Below are positions 54,003 to 63,600 of a stretch of DNA of 64,000 nucleotides, piece by piece. Each line of letters starts with the position of its first letter. Within the stretch, counting starts at the first letter, position 1. The position numbers and the translations under genes were made by a program. A model generated the notes under the pieces. That model searched no databases, had not been told where the DNA came from, and worked only from the letters and a program-made list of their open reading frames with translations. This stretch comes from Bacteroidota bacterium. GTDB lineage: Bacteria > Bacteroidota > Ignavibacteria > UBA10030. Location: positions 2,102-66,101 of the forward strand of contig DAOOUW010000004.1 in assembly GCA_035390885.1 (NCBI GenBank), written 5' to 3'.

Positions 54003-54668
54003 ATGATCGAAGCTGTCATATTTGATATGGATGGAGTTCTCCTGGATTCTGAACCTTACTGGCAGGAAGCACAAATTTCTGTTTTTGGAAAATTGGGAAT
54101 TCCACTAACTGTAGAAGCTTGCATCAAGACAACCGGAATAGCCATTGATGAGCTTGTTGCCTATCGATACCGGATGCATCCATGGAATGGAAAAACGCAG
54201 GAAGAAGCGATGTATGAAATTATTCACGAAGTCGAACGAATGATTCTCGAACGCGGAACATTATTACCTGGCGTTGCAGAAACAATAAATTTTTTCAAAG
54301 CAAAAGGCATTGCACTTGCAATTGCAAGTTCGTCCCACATTCAACTTGTCAACACAGTCTTGAAAAAATTTGGACTTGAAAATACCTTCCGGGTTGTTCA
54401 TTCAGCCGAGCATGAGGATTTTGGAAAGCCTCACCCTGCTGTATTTCTTTCTACAGCGCATCGTCTTCGTGTCGAACCAGAACGCTGTCTCGTAATCGAA
54501 GATTCTTTAAATGGATTGATTGCGGCAAAAGCCGCTCGAATGAAGGCGCTCGTTGTTCCGCCTCAAATTCTCTGGAACGACACTCGATTCGACCTCGCCG
54601 ATTGCAAGCTTCGCTCTCTTACCGAATTCTCTGAAGAAATCTGGAAGAAATTGAATGCGCTTCCATAA
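54003..54668 (+). CDS. HAD-superfamily hydrolase (beta-phosphoglucomutase / sugar-phosphatase-like). The start was moved to the ATG at 54003.
   Basis: 'AVIFDMDGVLLDSE' is HAD motif I. SD 'aaggag' lies 6 nt before the ATG at 54003. The upstream ATG in the ORF track lacks an RBS. Confidence 0.7.
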   Translation: MIEAVIFDMDGVLLDSEPYWQEAQISVFGKLGIPLTVEACIKTTGIAIDELVAYRYRMHPWNGKTQEEAMYEIIHEVERMILERGTLLPGVAETINFFKAKGIALAIASSSHIQLVNTVLKKFGLENTFRVVHSAEHEDFGKPHPAVFLSTAHRLRVEPERCLVIEDSLNGLIAAKAARMKALVVPPQILWNDTRFDLADCKLRSLTEFSEEIWKKLNALP

Positions 54669-54815
54669 ATTTTCCCCACCGGTGAACTTGCAGGTTGCTG
54701 AGGTTTATTTTTGGTGATTTGTTTGCTTGATAATTGATGTTCTATACGCTATACTTGTTCCATTGAGATTCGAGTTACTGAGTTCAAAAAAAATCAAAAC
54801 TAACCTGGAAGCTAT

Positions 54816-56708
54816 ATGAAAATATCAAATATTATCTCCATTATTTTAAGTGTTCCATTTTTGCTCAATGCGCAATCACTTCAGTTTACCATTACAGTTA
54901 GCGATACGCAGAAGCCGATTAGTCCATACATCTACGGCGCAAATCCAGAATTTACCGCAAGCGAAAATCTTGCTGCACGACGATTAGGCGGCAACCGGCT
55001 AACGGGCTACAATTGGGAAAACAATGCATCGAATGCAGGGAGCGATTGGCAGCATTCAAGCGACAATTATCTTACATGGAGCGCTGGGATTACCAACGAG
55101 AATCAACCCGGAATCGTTGCAACGACTTTCCATACAAAGGCATTAGAAGCTGGAGCTTACTCGCTCGTTACATTACAAATGGCAGGATATGTTGCAAAAG
55201 ATAAGAATGGAACGGTAACCGAGGATCAAACAGCTCCATCGTCTCGGTGGGCAAAAGTAGAGTACGCAAAGGGAACGCCTTTCGATCCTTCTCCGAATGT
55301 AAATGATACGCTTGTCTATATGGATGAGTTTGTAAATTTTCTTGTAACAACCTTTGGACTTGGAAATACTTCGAGCGGAGTAAAAGGATACGCATTGGAT
55401 AATGAACCCGCGCTCTGGCAATCGACACATCCGCGAATTCATCCCAACAAACCAACATGCGCAGAGCTTATGCAGCGGAGTATCGCCCTCGCATCTGCAG
55501 TAAAAAATGTTGATTCGACTGCAGAGATTTTTGGTCCTGCCCTCTATGGATTTAATGCCTATTACTCATTTCAAAATGCATCCGATTGGCAGGCAATCAA
55601 AAGAAGGAAAGGATACAATTGGTTTATTGATTACTATCTTGACTCGATGAAAGTTGCGGAACAGACGTACGGCCGTCGTCTCCTCGATGTGTTGGATCTC
55701 CATTGGTATCCTGAAGCATCCGGCGATCATAGAATTACAGAAACCAGTGCAACAACTGCAGCTGATAAATCTGCACGGCTTCAAGCTCCTCGTACTCTTT
55801 GGGATGCAACATATCGTGAAAAGAGCTGGATAGCCCAATCTTATTCTACGTATCTACCGCTCATTCCAAAAGTAATTTCTTCGATCAATACATATTACCC
55901 CGGAACGAAACTAGCGTTTACCGAATTTACTTATGGCGGAGAGAATGATATTACGGGCGCTCTTGCTCTTGCCGATGTACTTGGAATTTTTGGAAAGTAT
56001 GGAGTATATCTTGCAACATTTTGGCCCACGAGTTCCGATGTAACCTATATTCGGGCAGCGTATAGACTCTACAGAAATTATGATGGCGCAAACTCCACCT
56101 TCGGTAATGCTTCTCTTCCTGCAAAGACAAGCGACAGCGTCAACACATCTGTTTATGCCTCTGTGAATACCAGTACAAGCGAAATACATCTTATTACCAT
56201 CAACAAAGATTTATCGAATAGTAAAGAAGCTTCGTTTACTCTCGACAATGTATCGGCAATTACGAACGCTCAGGCGTGGATTCTCGATGGCTCAGGAAGC
56301 GCAATCCGCAATGGCGCTGCGATAACTACAATTTCAGGAAATTCTTTTTCGTATTCACTTCCGCCGGCGTCGGCATGTCATTTTGTAATACAAATATCCG
56401 GACTCAACGTTGAAAAGGAATCGTCCTCACAACCAACGCAGATTACGCTTCATACTTTTCCAAATCCATTTAATTCAAATTGTATGATAGAGTACAGCGT
56501 GCCTCCGAGTGGCGAATATCTTCTGGAAATTGTTGACGTTCTCGGACGGCTCGTAAAGTCGATTTCTTTGCCTAATTATTCCGGAATAATTCGATGGGAT
56601 GGAACATCGCAGAATAATTCTCCAGTGGCATCGGGCGTTTACTTTGTTGTGGTACGAGGCGCATCGCGCCAGCAAATTCAGGCGCAGAGAATCTTGCTCT
56701 TAAAATAA
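54816..56708 (+). CDS. Secreted clan GH-A glycoside hydrolase, probably a GH44-like endoglucanase/xyloglucanase, with a type IX secretion C-terminal sorting domain.
   Basis: It has a signal peptide. 'LGGNRLTGYNWENNASNAG' and the acid/base 'YALDNEPALW' at about residue 195 plus the nucleophile context 'AFTEFTYGG' at about residue 370 fit the GH44 geometry. The C-terminal roughly 85 aa, 'FPNPFNSNCMIEY...GRLV...WDG...ASGVYFVVVRG', form a T9SS C-terminal sorting domain. Confidence 0.55.
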   Translation: MKISNIISIILSVPFLLNAQSLQFTITVSDTQKPISPYIYGANPEFTASENLAARRLGGNRLTGYNWENNASNAGSDWQHSSDNYLTWSAGITNENQPGIVATTFHTKALEAGAYSLVTLQMAGYVAKDKNGTVTEDQTAPSSRWAKVEYAKGTPFDPSPNVNDTLVYMDEFVNFLVTTFGLGNTSSGVKGYALDNEPALWQSTHPRIHPNKPTCAELMQRSIALASAVKNVDSTAEIFGPALYGFNAYYSFQNASDWQAIKRRKGYNWFIDYYLDSMKVAEQTYGRRLLDVLDLHWYPEASGDHRITETSATTAADKSARLQAPRTLWDATYREKSWIAQSYSTYLPLIPKVISSINTYYPGTKLAFTEFTYGGENDITGALALADVLGIFGKYGVYLATFWPTSSDVTYIRAAYRLYRNYDGANSTFGNASLPAKTSDSVNTSVYASVNTSTSEIHLITINKDLSNSKEASFTLDNVSAITNAQAWILDGSGSAIRNGAAITTISGNSFSYSLPPASACHFVIQISGLNVEKESSSQPTQITLHTFPNPFNSNCMIEYSVPPSGEYLLEIVDVLGRLVKSISLPNYSGIIRWDGTSQNNSPVASGVYFVVVRGASRQQIQAQRILLLK

Positions 56709-56801
56709 TTGTACTCTCAACATGGCTAGATGTTGGATACGTTTCATGACCAGAAGATTTCAAAATCTTCTGGATAATTTCTCGATTTCAACATGAAATT
56801 C

Positions 56802-57956
56802 TTACTTCTTTTGCAGTAAAGAATCCAACCAGCGAAAACTGCTTTCCTGCATTTCAACGGTGAAGACATGACCTACATCCCAGAGTTCTGTGCGAAGGTT
56901 GTTTCCCGCATTTTGTGAATTCCACACCGCACGCATGGAATTATACGCATCCGTTACAACATCAGCTGGAAAGAGCTTATCGTGCTTACCATTCATAAAA
57001 TACATTGGTTTGGGGCAGGCTAAACTCGCAACATCTGGAATATCGAGATAGTTCATAAGATCAGGATGCGTTGTCGAGAACGATGATTGTCCGCGTGTGC
57101 GATTGTTTCCCGGCTGAAGCAATCCGGCATTCGTTCCCATCCAGCAAACAGCAACGCCGCAGTCAATGTAATCGGAAAGCGCTGCAACTTGCCACGCACG
57201 AAAAGATCCAAACGAGAGTCCCATCGCAGCAATTCTGGTTGAATCTACAAACGGAAGCGATGCAAGAAATTTTGCGCTCGCCATATCTTCCCACGCTACT
57301 AATCCAGCATACGACATTCCAAGATTGAAAAGATTCGATGCAAGCGCTTGTTGATCTTCATAGCCTCCGCCGCCGCGATCTCCCCAATTCAACGCATCAG
57401 TTGCAAAACATACATAGCCTCGTTTCGCAAGTTCATCTCCGATAAATCGTCCGCCATATAATGAGCGAACCCAAACTCTTGCCGTGTCACGAAGATTTGT
57501 ATCGGAAGCAAATGGCTCGATAACTTTCTCTTTTCCAATATCGAAGCGAGAACCATGGTCGTGAAGCAGCAAAACGGCGGGATGATGTCCTTTCCCTTTT
57601 GGAATGAGCAAATACCCAAGCGCCCGACTATCCGCAGTAAGATTGAAAACAACTTTTTGCGCAATGTACGAGCCGCGATCTTCTTCTCCAATCACAACAG
57701 GATTGAAAGGAACGATCGGGGGAACGCTCAGCATACATTTCTGCACAACGCCTCGCGCTTCTTTTTTCCATTCGTCAAAATTTTTCCACTTTCCCGAATT
57801 CCACGAAAGCGGATACTGCAGCCTTTTCAATCGCTGCTGCGCAAATACCGGTAATTTCTTGTCAACGCCGCATCGTTGATAAAGCGTATCTTGCCGCACT
57901 TGAGCAAAGAGGAGGGTTGGAATTACACCAAAGAATAAAATCATCCATTTCTTCAT
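56802..57956 (-). CDS. Secreted alpha/beta hydrolase (putative carbohydrate esterase / dienelactone-hydrolase-like).
   Basis: It has a signal peptide. The nucleophile elbow 'GLSFGS' and a C-terminal 'GKHDKLFP...H' acid/His region are present. Confidence 0.5.
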   Translation of the reverse strand: MKKWMILFFGVIPTLLFAQVRQDTLYQRCGVDKKLPVFAQQRLKRLQYPLSWNSGKWKNFDEWKKEARGVVQKCMLSVPPIVPFNPVVIGEEDRGSYIAQKVVFNLTADSRALGYLLIPKGKGHHPAVLLLHDHGSRFDIGKEKVIEPFASDTNLRDTARVWVRSLYGGRFIGDELAKRGYVCFATDALNWGDRGGGGYEDQQALASNLFNLGMSYAGLVAWEDMASAKFLASLPFVDSTRIAAMGLSFGSFRAWQVAALSDYIDCGVAVCWMGTNAGLLQPGNNRTRGQSSFSTTHPDLMNYLDIPDVASLACPKPMYFMNGKHDKLFPADVVTDAYNSMRAVWNSQNAGNNLRTELWDVGHVFTVEMQESSFRWLDSLLQKK

Positions 57957-57974
57957 ATCTTCTCCTTTCTTCTT

Positions 57975-59396
57975 TTAATATTCAAGCTGGTGAATGAGCG
58001 TGCTTTGCAGAAAGTTTACAACACGCTCGTCAACAATAATATCTTGCACACGAAGAGGTGATTTCAGAAAAATTCCATCGAACGTTCTGCATCGGCTTAA
58101 CGCAACGTACGCCTGACCATGTGCAAACATTCCGTGACCAAAATCAATGACCACTCGATCGAACGTCTTCCCTTGACTTTTGTGAATCGTAATTGCCCAC
58201 GCTAGCGTCAGTGGATATTGACGAAATGTACCAACGACTGCTGGTACAATTTTCTTTTCTTCTTCATCGAAACTATAGACGATTCGTTCCCACGTCGAGG
58301 GTTCAACTTCGTAGGTCTCCGCTCCAACTGTTACTTCAATTCCACGCGACGTTACTTTCTTTACGGCTCCGAGCGTTCCATTGACCCAACGTTTTGTAGA
58401 ATCGTTCTTCAAGAACATTACCTGCGCTCCTTCTTTGAGCACAAGATTTTCATCTGTAGGATACGATTGCTGAGGGAAGTCGCCTTCCGTTGTTGCATGG
58501 TACGAAAGCTCCTTTCCAGGTAATTGTTGCAGCCGATACCGATTGACAGATGCAGCTAGAGCGTTTGTGCTTGTGAGTGTGATGTACGGTTCATCTTCTT
58601 GTATTGTGTGCGTATGCAGAACACGACTATTTAAGATTTCAATATCTTCATCAGTAATTTCATTGTTCCGTATTCGATCAAGGAGTGCAATAAAATTTCT
58701 ATCGGATTGACGGAATACTTGCTGCAATTCGAATGTTTTTAGGTTTGTGTTTTGAAAAACCTGAGCGCTAAAGAAGTACGGCGTGTCATAGAAGGAATAA
58801 TAAATCGAGTTCAGCGACGTTTCGATTACCGGCGGAAGCTGAAACAAATCTCCAAAGAGCGCAATTTGTACTCCCCCAAATGGTAACGTTGGATGCTTCC
58901 GATGTTTTCGGAGCGAATGGTCAATCGCATCGAGGAGATCGGCTCGAACCATTGAAACCTCATCGATGACAAGCAAATCAAGCGACTGAAGAATCCGCTT
59001 ACTATCTCTAAAGACACGCACATCTTCCTCACGAAGGAAGTGCAGTGGAAATCTAAAGAATGAATGAATCGTAGAGCCGCCAATGTTTACTGCCGCAACT
59101 CCTGTTGGAGCAAGAACAACAATATTCTTTTCTGTGCTGGCTTTCAACAATTGGAGAAGCGTGGTTTTCCCCGTGCCTGCGCGTCCTGTAATAAAAAATG
59201 AATCTGCCGAGCGGTCAATCTGTTGTAGGATTGCTGAAAATTCTTTCGTCTTTTTGACGGCGGTAGGCTGAGTGCGCACAATTTCGTTGACGCTCTTTGT
59301 TCTGTTATAGGAATGTACTTCCTCGCGAATGGAATCAATTCTATCTTTCGGTTCAATTTTTTTTACACTGCGCTTCTTTGCCATCGGTGAATTCAA
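57975..59396 (-). CDS. PIF1/RecD-family 5'-3' DNA helicase.
   Basis: Walker A 'GRAGTGKTTLL', Walker B 'LVIDEVSM' and a C-terminal UvrD_C_2-like 'ITIHKSQGKTFDRV' are present. An N-terminal basic extension of about 80 aa precedes them. Confidence 0.75.
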   Translation of the reverse strand: MNSPMAKKRSVKKIEPKDRIDSIREEVHSYNRTKSVNEIVRTQPTAVKKTKEFSAILQQIDRSADSFFITGRAGTGKTTLLQLLKASTEKNIVVLAPTGVAAVNIGGSTIHSFFRFPLHFLREEDVRVFRDSKRILQSLDLLVIDEVSMVRADLLDAIDHSLRKHRKHPTLPFGGVQIALFGDLFQLPPVIETSLNSIYYSFYDTPYFFSAQVFQNTNLKTFELQQVFRQSDRNFIALLDRIRNNEITDEDIEILNSRVLHTHTIQEDEPYITLTSTNALAASVNRYRLQQLPGKELSYHATTEGDFPQQSYPTDENLVLKEGAQVMFLKNDSTKRWVNGTLGAVKKVTSRGIEVTVGAETYEVEPSTWERIVYSFDEEEKKIVPAVVGTFRQYPLTLAWAITIHKSQGKTFDRVVIDFGHGMFAHGQAYVALSRCRTFDGIFLKSPLRVQDIIVDERVVNFLQSTLIHQLEY

Positions 59397-59455
59397 TCTA
59401 TCGAGTCGATAAGAAAAAAGAAAGCATGGATAATCCCAAATTATACATTAGAAAC

Positions 59456-59587
59456 TTGCAAAGACTGTTGCCTCGATACGCCTTACGGCTACTCGGCAAC
59501 CGATTCCCTGACGGCGGCTGAGGTGAGCGATAGCTCGTATCGAATCCACCATTTTGGTTATCTCTTTTTTCGCCTATTTTTTTGTTC
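59456..59587 (+). repeat. Copy B of the roughly 135-nt conserved cloverleaf-like intergenic element.
   Basis: It aligns over about 130 nt with 9491-9625 and keeps the same helices. The variable hairpin has compensatory changes. Confidence 0.6.
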
Positions 59588-59657
59588 ATAATTTAGGGTA
59601 ATTGCTTGCAACCTAAATAATTTTAATGCAATAATTGGAAACATCAAGAATGTGTAG

Positions 59658-59693
59658 TAAAAAAGATACCTCACTCGGCTGAATGAGGTATCT
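59658..59693 (-). terminator. Rho-independent terminator of the 59740-60441 gene.
   Basis: Minus-strand hairpin 'gatacctca...tgaggtatc' followed by T6. Confidence 0.6.
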
Positions 59694-59739
59694 TAGGAAA
59701 ATCTTGAACCATGCTTAGTCGGAGAGCCAGCGCTTTTGA

Positions 59740-60441
59740 TTACGGCGTATCTTTCCAGAACACTTGATTCTTCTGAACATCTACCAACTCGACAAGTTTT
59801 GGAGTGATGGTAAGCACTGCCTGTGGAGCTCCTGCTACAAAGTTCACATTCGCATCAATGACAAAATGAATTCGGAAGTATAAATTGTTCTGCGCTGCCT
59901 TTGCCATCTTTGCAATATCGCGAGTAACATGCCACTTAAACTCCGAGCCAAAATTGAAAGTGATCTTCGAGAATCGGAATCCTCCTTCAACAGAATCTGA
60001 GAGCATGACATATCTATTTGAAGGGATATAACACACGACGGTTGGAATATTATACGGCGCTTCAATTGTTTCGTTACAGATAAGAGTGTAAACCTCTGTA
60101 TCAGCATCATACAATTTTGGATTTGCTTTCAGCAACACTTTCAGTACTCGCTTTGGAAATTTCTGCTCTTCCATTCGGTTACGAACCCTTGTTACTAAAT
60201 CAGCACGTTCTTTAGCTTGACGACGTTCAAATTCTACCGTAGTTTCGAATTCATCTTTTGCCTTTGTACTCGAAACAAATTTATCGATTTCATCACGGAG
60301 AAATGTCCATTCCGTTTTTAGCGCTTGCGTGAATGCGTCGGGTTTCATGTTCTCATCGGCGGCAAGCGATGTTTGCTGAGCGCGGGCAACGACACCGCTG
60401 CTCATCAATAGAATTACACAGAACAATATTCGTTTCATCAT
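59740..60441 (-). CDS. Hypothetical secreted protein.
   Basis: Signal peptide 'MMKRILFCVILLMSSGVVARAQ'. No motif was recognised. Confidence 0.4.
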   Translation of the reverse strand: MMKRILFCVILLMSSGVVARAQQTSLAADENMKPDAFTQALKTEWTFLRDEIDKFVSSTKAKDEFETTVEFERRQAKERADLVTRVRNRMEEQKFPKRVLKVLLKANPKLYDADTEVYTLICNETIEAPYNIPTVVCYIPSNRYVMLSDSVEGGFRFSKITFNFGSEFKWHVTRDIAKMAKAAQNNLYFRIHFVIDANVNFVAGAPQAVLTITPKLVELVDVQKNQVFWKDTP

Positions 60442-60695
60442 ACTATTTCCTTTCAGTTACAGGAGTTTTTATTATGTTGTTCTATCACGGATGCAAACTC
60501 ATACTATTTGATAATTTCCCCACTGAAATTTCTTTGCGACGGCTCCCGCAGAAGATTGACGGGTAATTGCGTTTCTATTGACAACGACGCCTCCACCTTC
60601 TTTAGCATCTCATTGTTCGAATGAGCTCTATCCTTTCTTCCATCGCGTTATGTGTAAATATAATGGTTTTCTTGAAATATTCATTATTTTTCTTT

Positions 60696-63600
60696 TTACT
60701 TTACCAATTCAGCCCAGACGTAGTGTTCTATTGTAGCTCTTGCTTTGCGATCCAAAACCGAATTTAAGTACTCTTGAACAGTACCATCTATCGTTTCTTT
60801 CAGTTTTTCTAACTTCGGAACAATCTTCTTAAGCGCTTTTTCATCTTTCGGAATTTTTACCTGTTCCACTCCCGCCTCAGCCCAGACTTTAAGGTAACGA
60901 GCTTCCAACTCCGAATTACATTTTACCTTTTTCTTTCCAATGATGAGATACCAATTAAAAAGTTCTTGCTCAATACGTACCTCTCCTGTTGCTCGTGGAA
61001 GAGTTTTATTCACCAATAATTTCAACGGCGCAATTTCATTTCTAAAGAACGCACCAAGCGTTTCTTCGCCAACCTTTTCCACGATAACTTTCACAAGCGC
61101 ATCGATATCGATGCCATTTTTCGTCTTCCTTTCCTTCAGGACGCTATCCGACTTCTCTAATCTCGATTTGACAAGATCAACAACAGCACGATAAGCTTCC
61201 AGTTGTTCTTCATCATTCAATCCAAAAATTTCCGTCGCAACGATAGCGTCTAATTTTCTCAATTCAGGTTTCACATCGTCTAAAGTAATGGTCGCGGGTT
61301 CTCTCCCAATTTCCTTAAAAAGAGATTCTGAGGAAGTTGCTAGAAGTTCGTCAAAAGCGCCTTCTATCTTTTTTCTTAATTGATTGGAAATGGATGTAAG
61401 ATTTGGTATGAGCAATTTTTCAACAACGGCAACGTCAATATCAGCAATAGCTTGCGCACCAGTTAATTGTCTGCACGAAAATTCAACGAATAATCTGGTA
61501 AAGGTTGTATTAAGCAATGCAGCAATTATTTTAATATCTGCTTCGTTGTGAGGCAGTATGCCGTAGAGTTTTTTATCCTCGAACACTCTTTTATTAAGGA
61601 ACACCGGCATTCGTTCTCCAACTTTTGCAGGAAATATGATCGGCGCATATCTCCATCCACGACCCAAGCTGTACCAAGGGTTCGGTTCACGACTGGCGCA
61701 CGTCGGACGCTTATGGAATCCTCTCTTCTCGCCTTCTAAAATGTACTTCAACAATCTTGTTCCCTTGAGTTCTTCTTTTTGTTTATGACAGATGAGAACT
61801 CTTTTCGATAACTTCTTTTTATCAACAGTATATCCCTTCACTTCTTTCAAGGAAAAAATTATCGGCTCAAAAAATTCTTTCTCGATTCTCTTCGCCTTAA
61901 TTTCTTCCTCCGTCAAATAAAAGAATTCATTCGCACCTGTTGTAAAACCTCTTCGTACATCTGCAACTTCTTTCAAGGGAATAAGTTTATCTTTCCCTTT
62001 CTCTAGAATCTTGAAAAATATTTCAGGCGCGCGAAGATACTTTCCCCATTTCGAGCCAGCATACTTAGTTACAACTTCACCATCTTCTTCTATTTGTTCG
62101 AGTCCTTCTTCCCAGAGATCGCTTTGCTTTTTAGGATAGATCCTCATCTCTTCATTTTCATACAACTCGTTGTGAGCAAGGATTGTCTTTATGAGTTTAT
62201 CGATTTCCGTAAGTCTTTGAAGCTGCTTTTCCCATAAATCTTGCGCAGGCGGAATGAAATATCTCAACGGCTTCGGTAAATAAACAAATCGGACGATGTT
62301 ATCATTTCGTTCTTGCTTATTCGCACACTTCTCAAGAATAACAATACAGGTATTGACATCAGCATCGGCAAACCATCGCTCTACTTTGGACTCGATAATT
62401 GTTACAATTTTGTAGTATTTCATGAAAAACTCTTGCAAGCCTTTTCCATACTCGACATCGAGCCATGAATTTGCCACAACAAAACCAAAACGTCCGCCCT
62501 CGGGCAAAAATTTTGTACCGTGGACAAAGAAGTATGCGTAAACGCCTGCTCTTTTCGAAATTTCTGCAATCTTTTTTGAGCCATTGTAGAGAGCTTTTTG
62601 AATCAATTCTTCTTTGTATGTTTCCAGAGATGAAATGTCGGCAATTTCTTCCTGTCGTGTGTAGGGCGGATTACCAACGATGCAATCCACAATTGTCGGA
62701 TATTCGATGACAACGCTTGCTGCGTCGAGAGTTGAAAGTCGAGTCCTGCGGGCTTCATCAGAAAATTCCTCTCTACCGCCAAGTTGTAAATTGAAGAAGT
62801 CTTCCCTTATAACTTGAGGGTAGTTCTCGTTGACAGATAAATCATTGATGGCAAGGTTGATCGTTGCTAAATGAGCTGGAAATTTTGCAATATCAACTCC
62901 CCAGAGCGTTTTTAAAATTGTGTTATGATCCAAACGCATGTTCATCATTTTTTTGTGCTGGTATGCACGCACTAAAAATGTGCCTGCTCCGCACGAAGGA
63001 TCCAGCACTTTGTCGTTCTCATGCTTCAAACAAAACCGCAGAATCAAATCAACAACATCAGGATTGGTAAAGTATTGCCCAAGAATGTGTCGTTCCTCTG
63101 TTGGAATGAGACGCTCGAAAATACTTCCGATGACATCGTAACCAATTTTAGAAAAATCGTATCGCCTGAGAAGATTGACCATCTCTTTGATTTCGTTTAC
63201 AACTTGCCGATCATCTGGAAACGCAACTTGATCGATAAAATCCGCGCTATAGATTGTTTTATAATCGATCTTCAAAACCTCTTTGAAGTATCCTTCGAGA
63301 TAACTTTGAAGAAGTCCGCCTTTTGTAAGGTCTTCAGGGATGCTCAATCTATCGAAATCGTGCGGGCGTTTTGCTTGCAAGAGATCGTAGAAAAGAACTT
63401 TATTCACGAGAAGGTACGCTGCCTGTCGAGCAGCTTTTTCAAAATCTTCTTCCTGCCAGGAAAAACTCCAGCCTTGATCAAAAAACCAGCGTTGCAACGA
63501 CGCTGAAAATTTACTGTCTTTATGCGTTTTATCCGAAATAATTCTTCGGTAAAATTTCGAGAGAATATTGATCTTCTCCTGTAATCGAAATACAAGGAAA

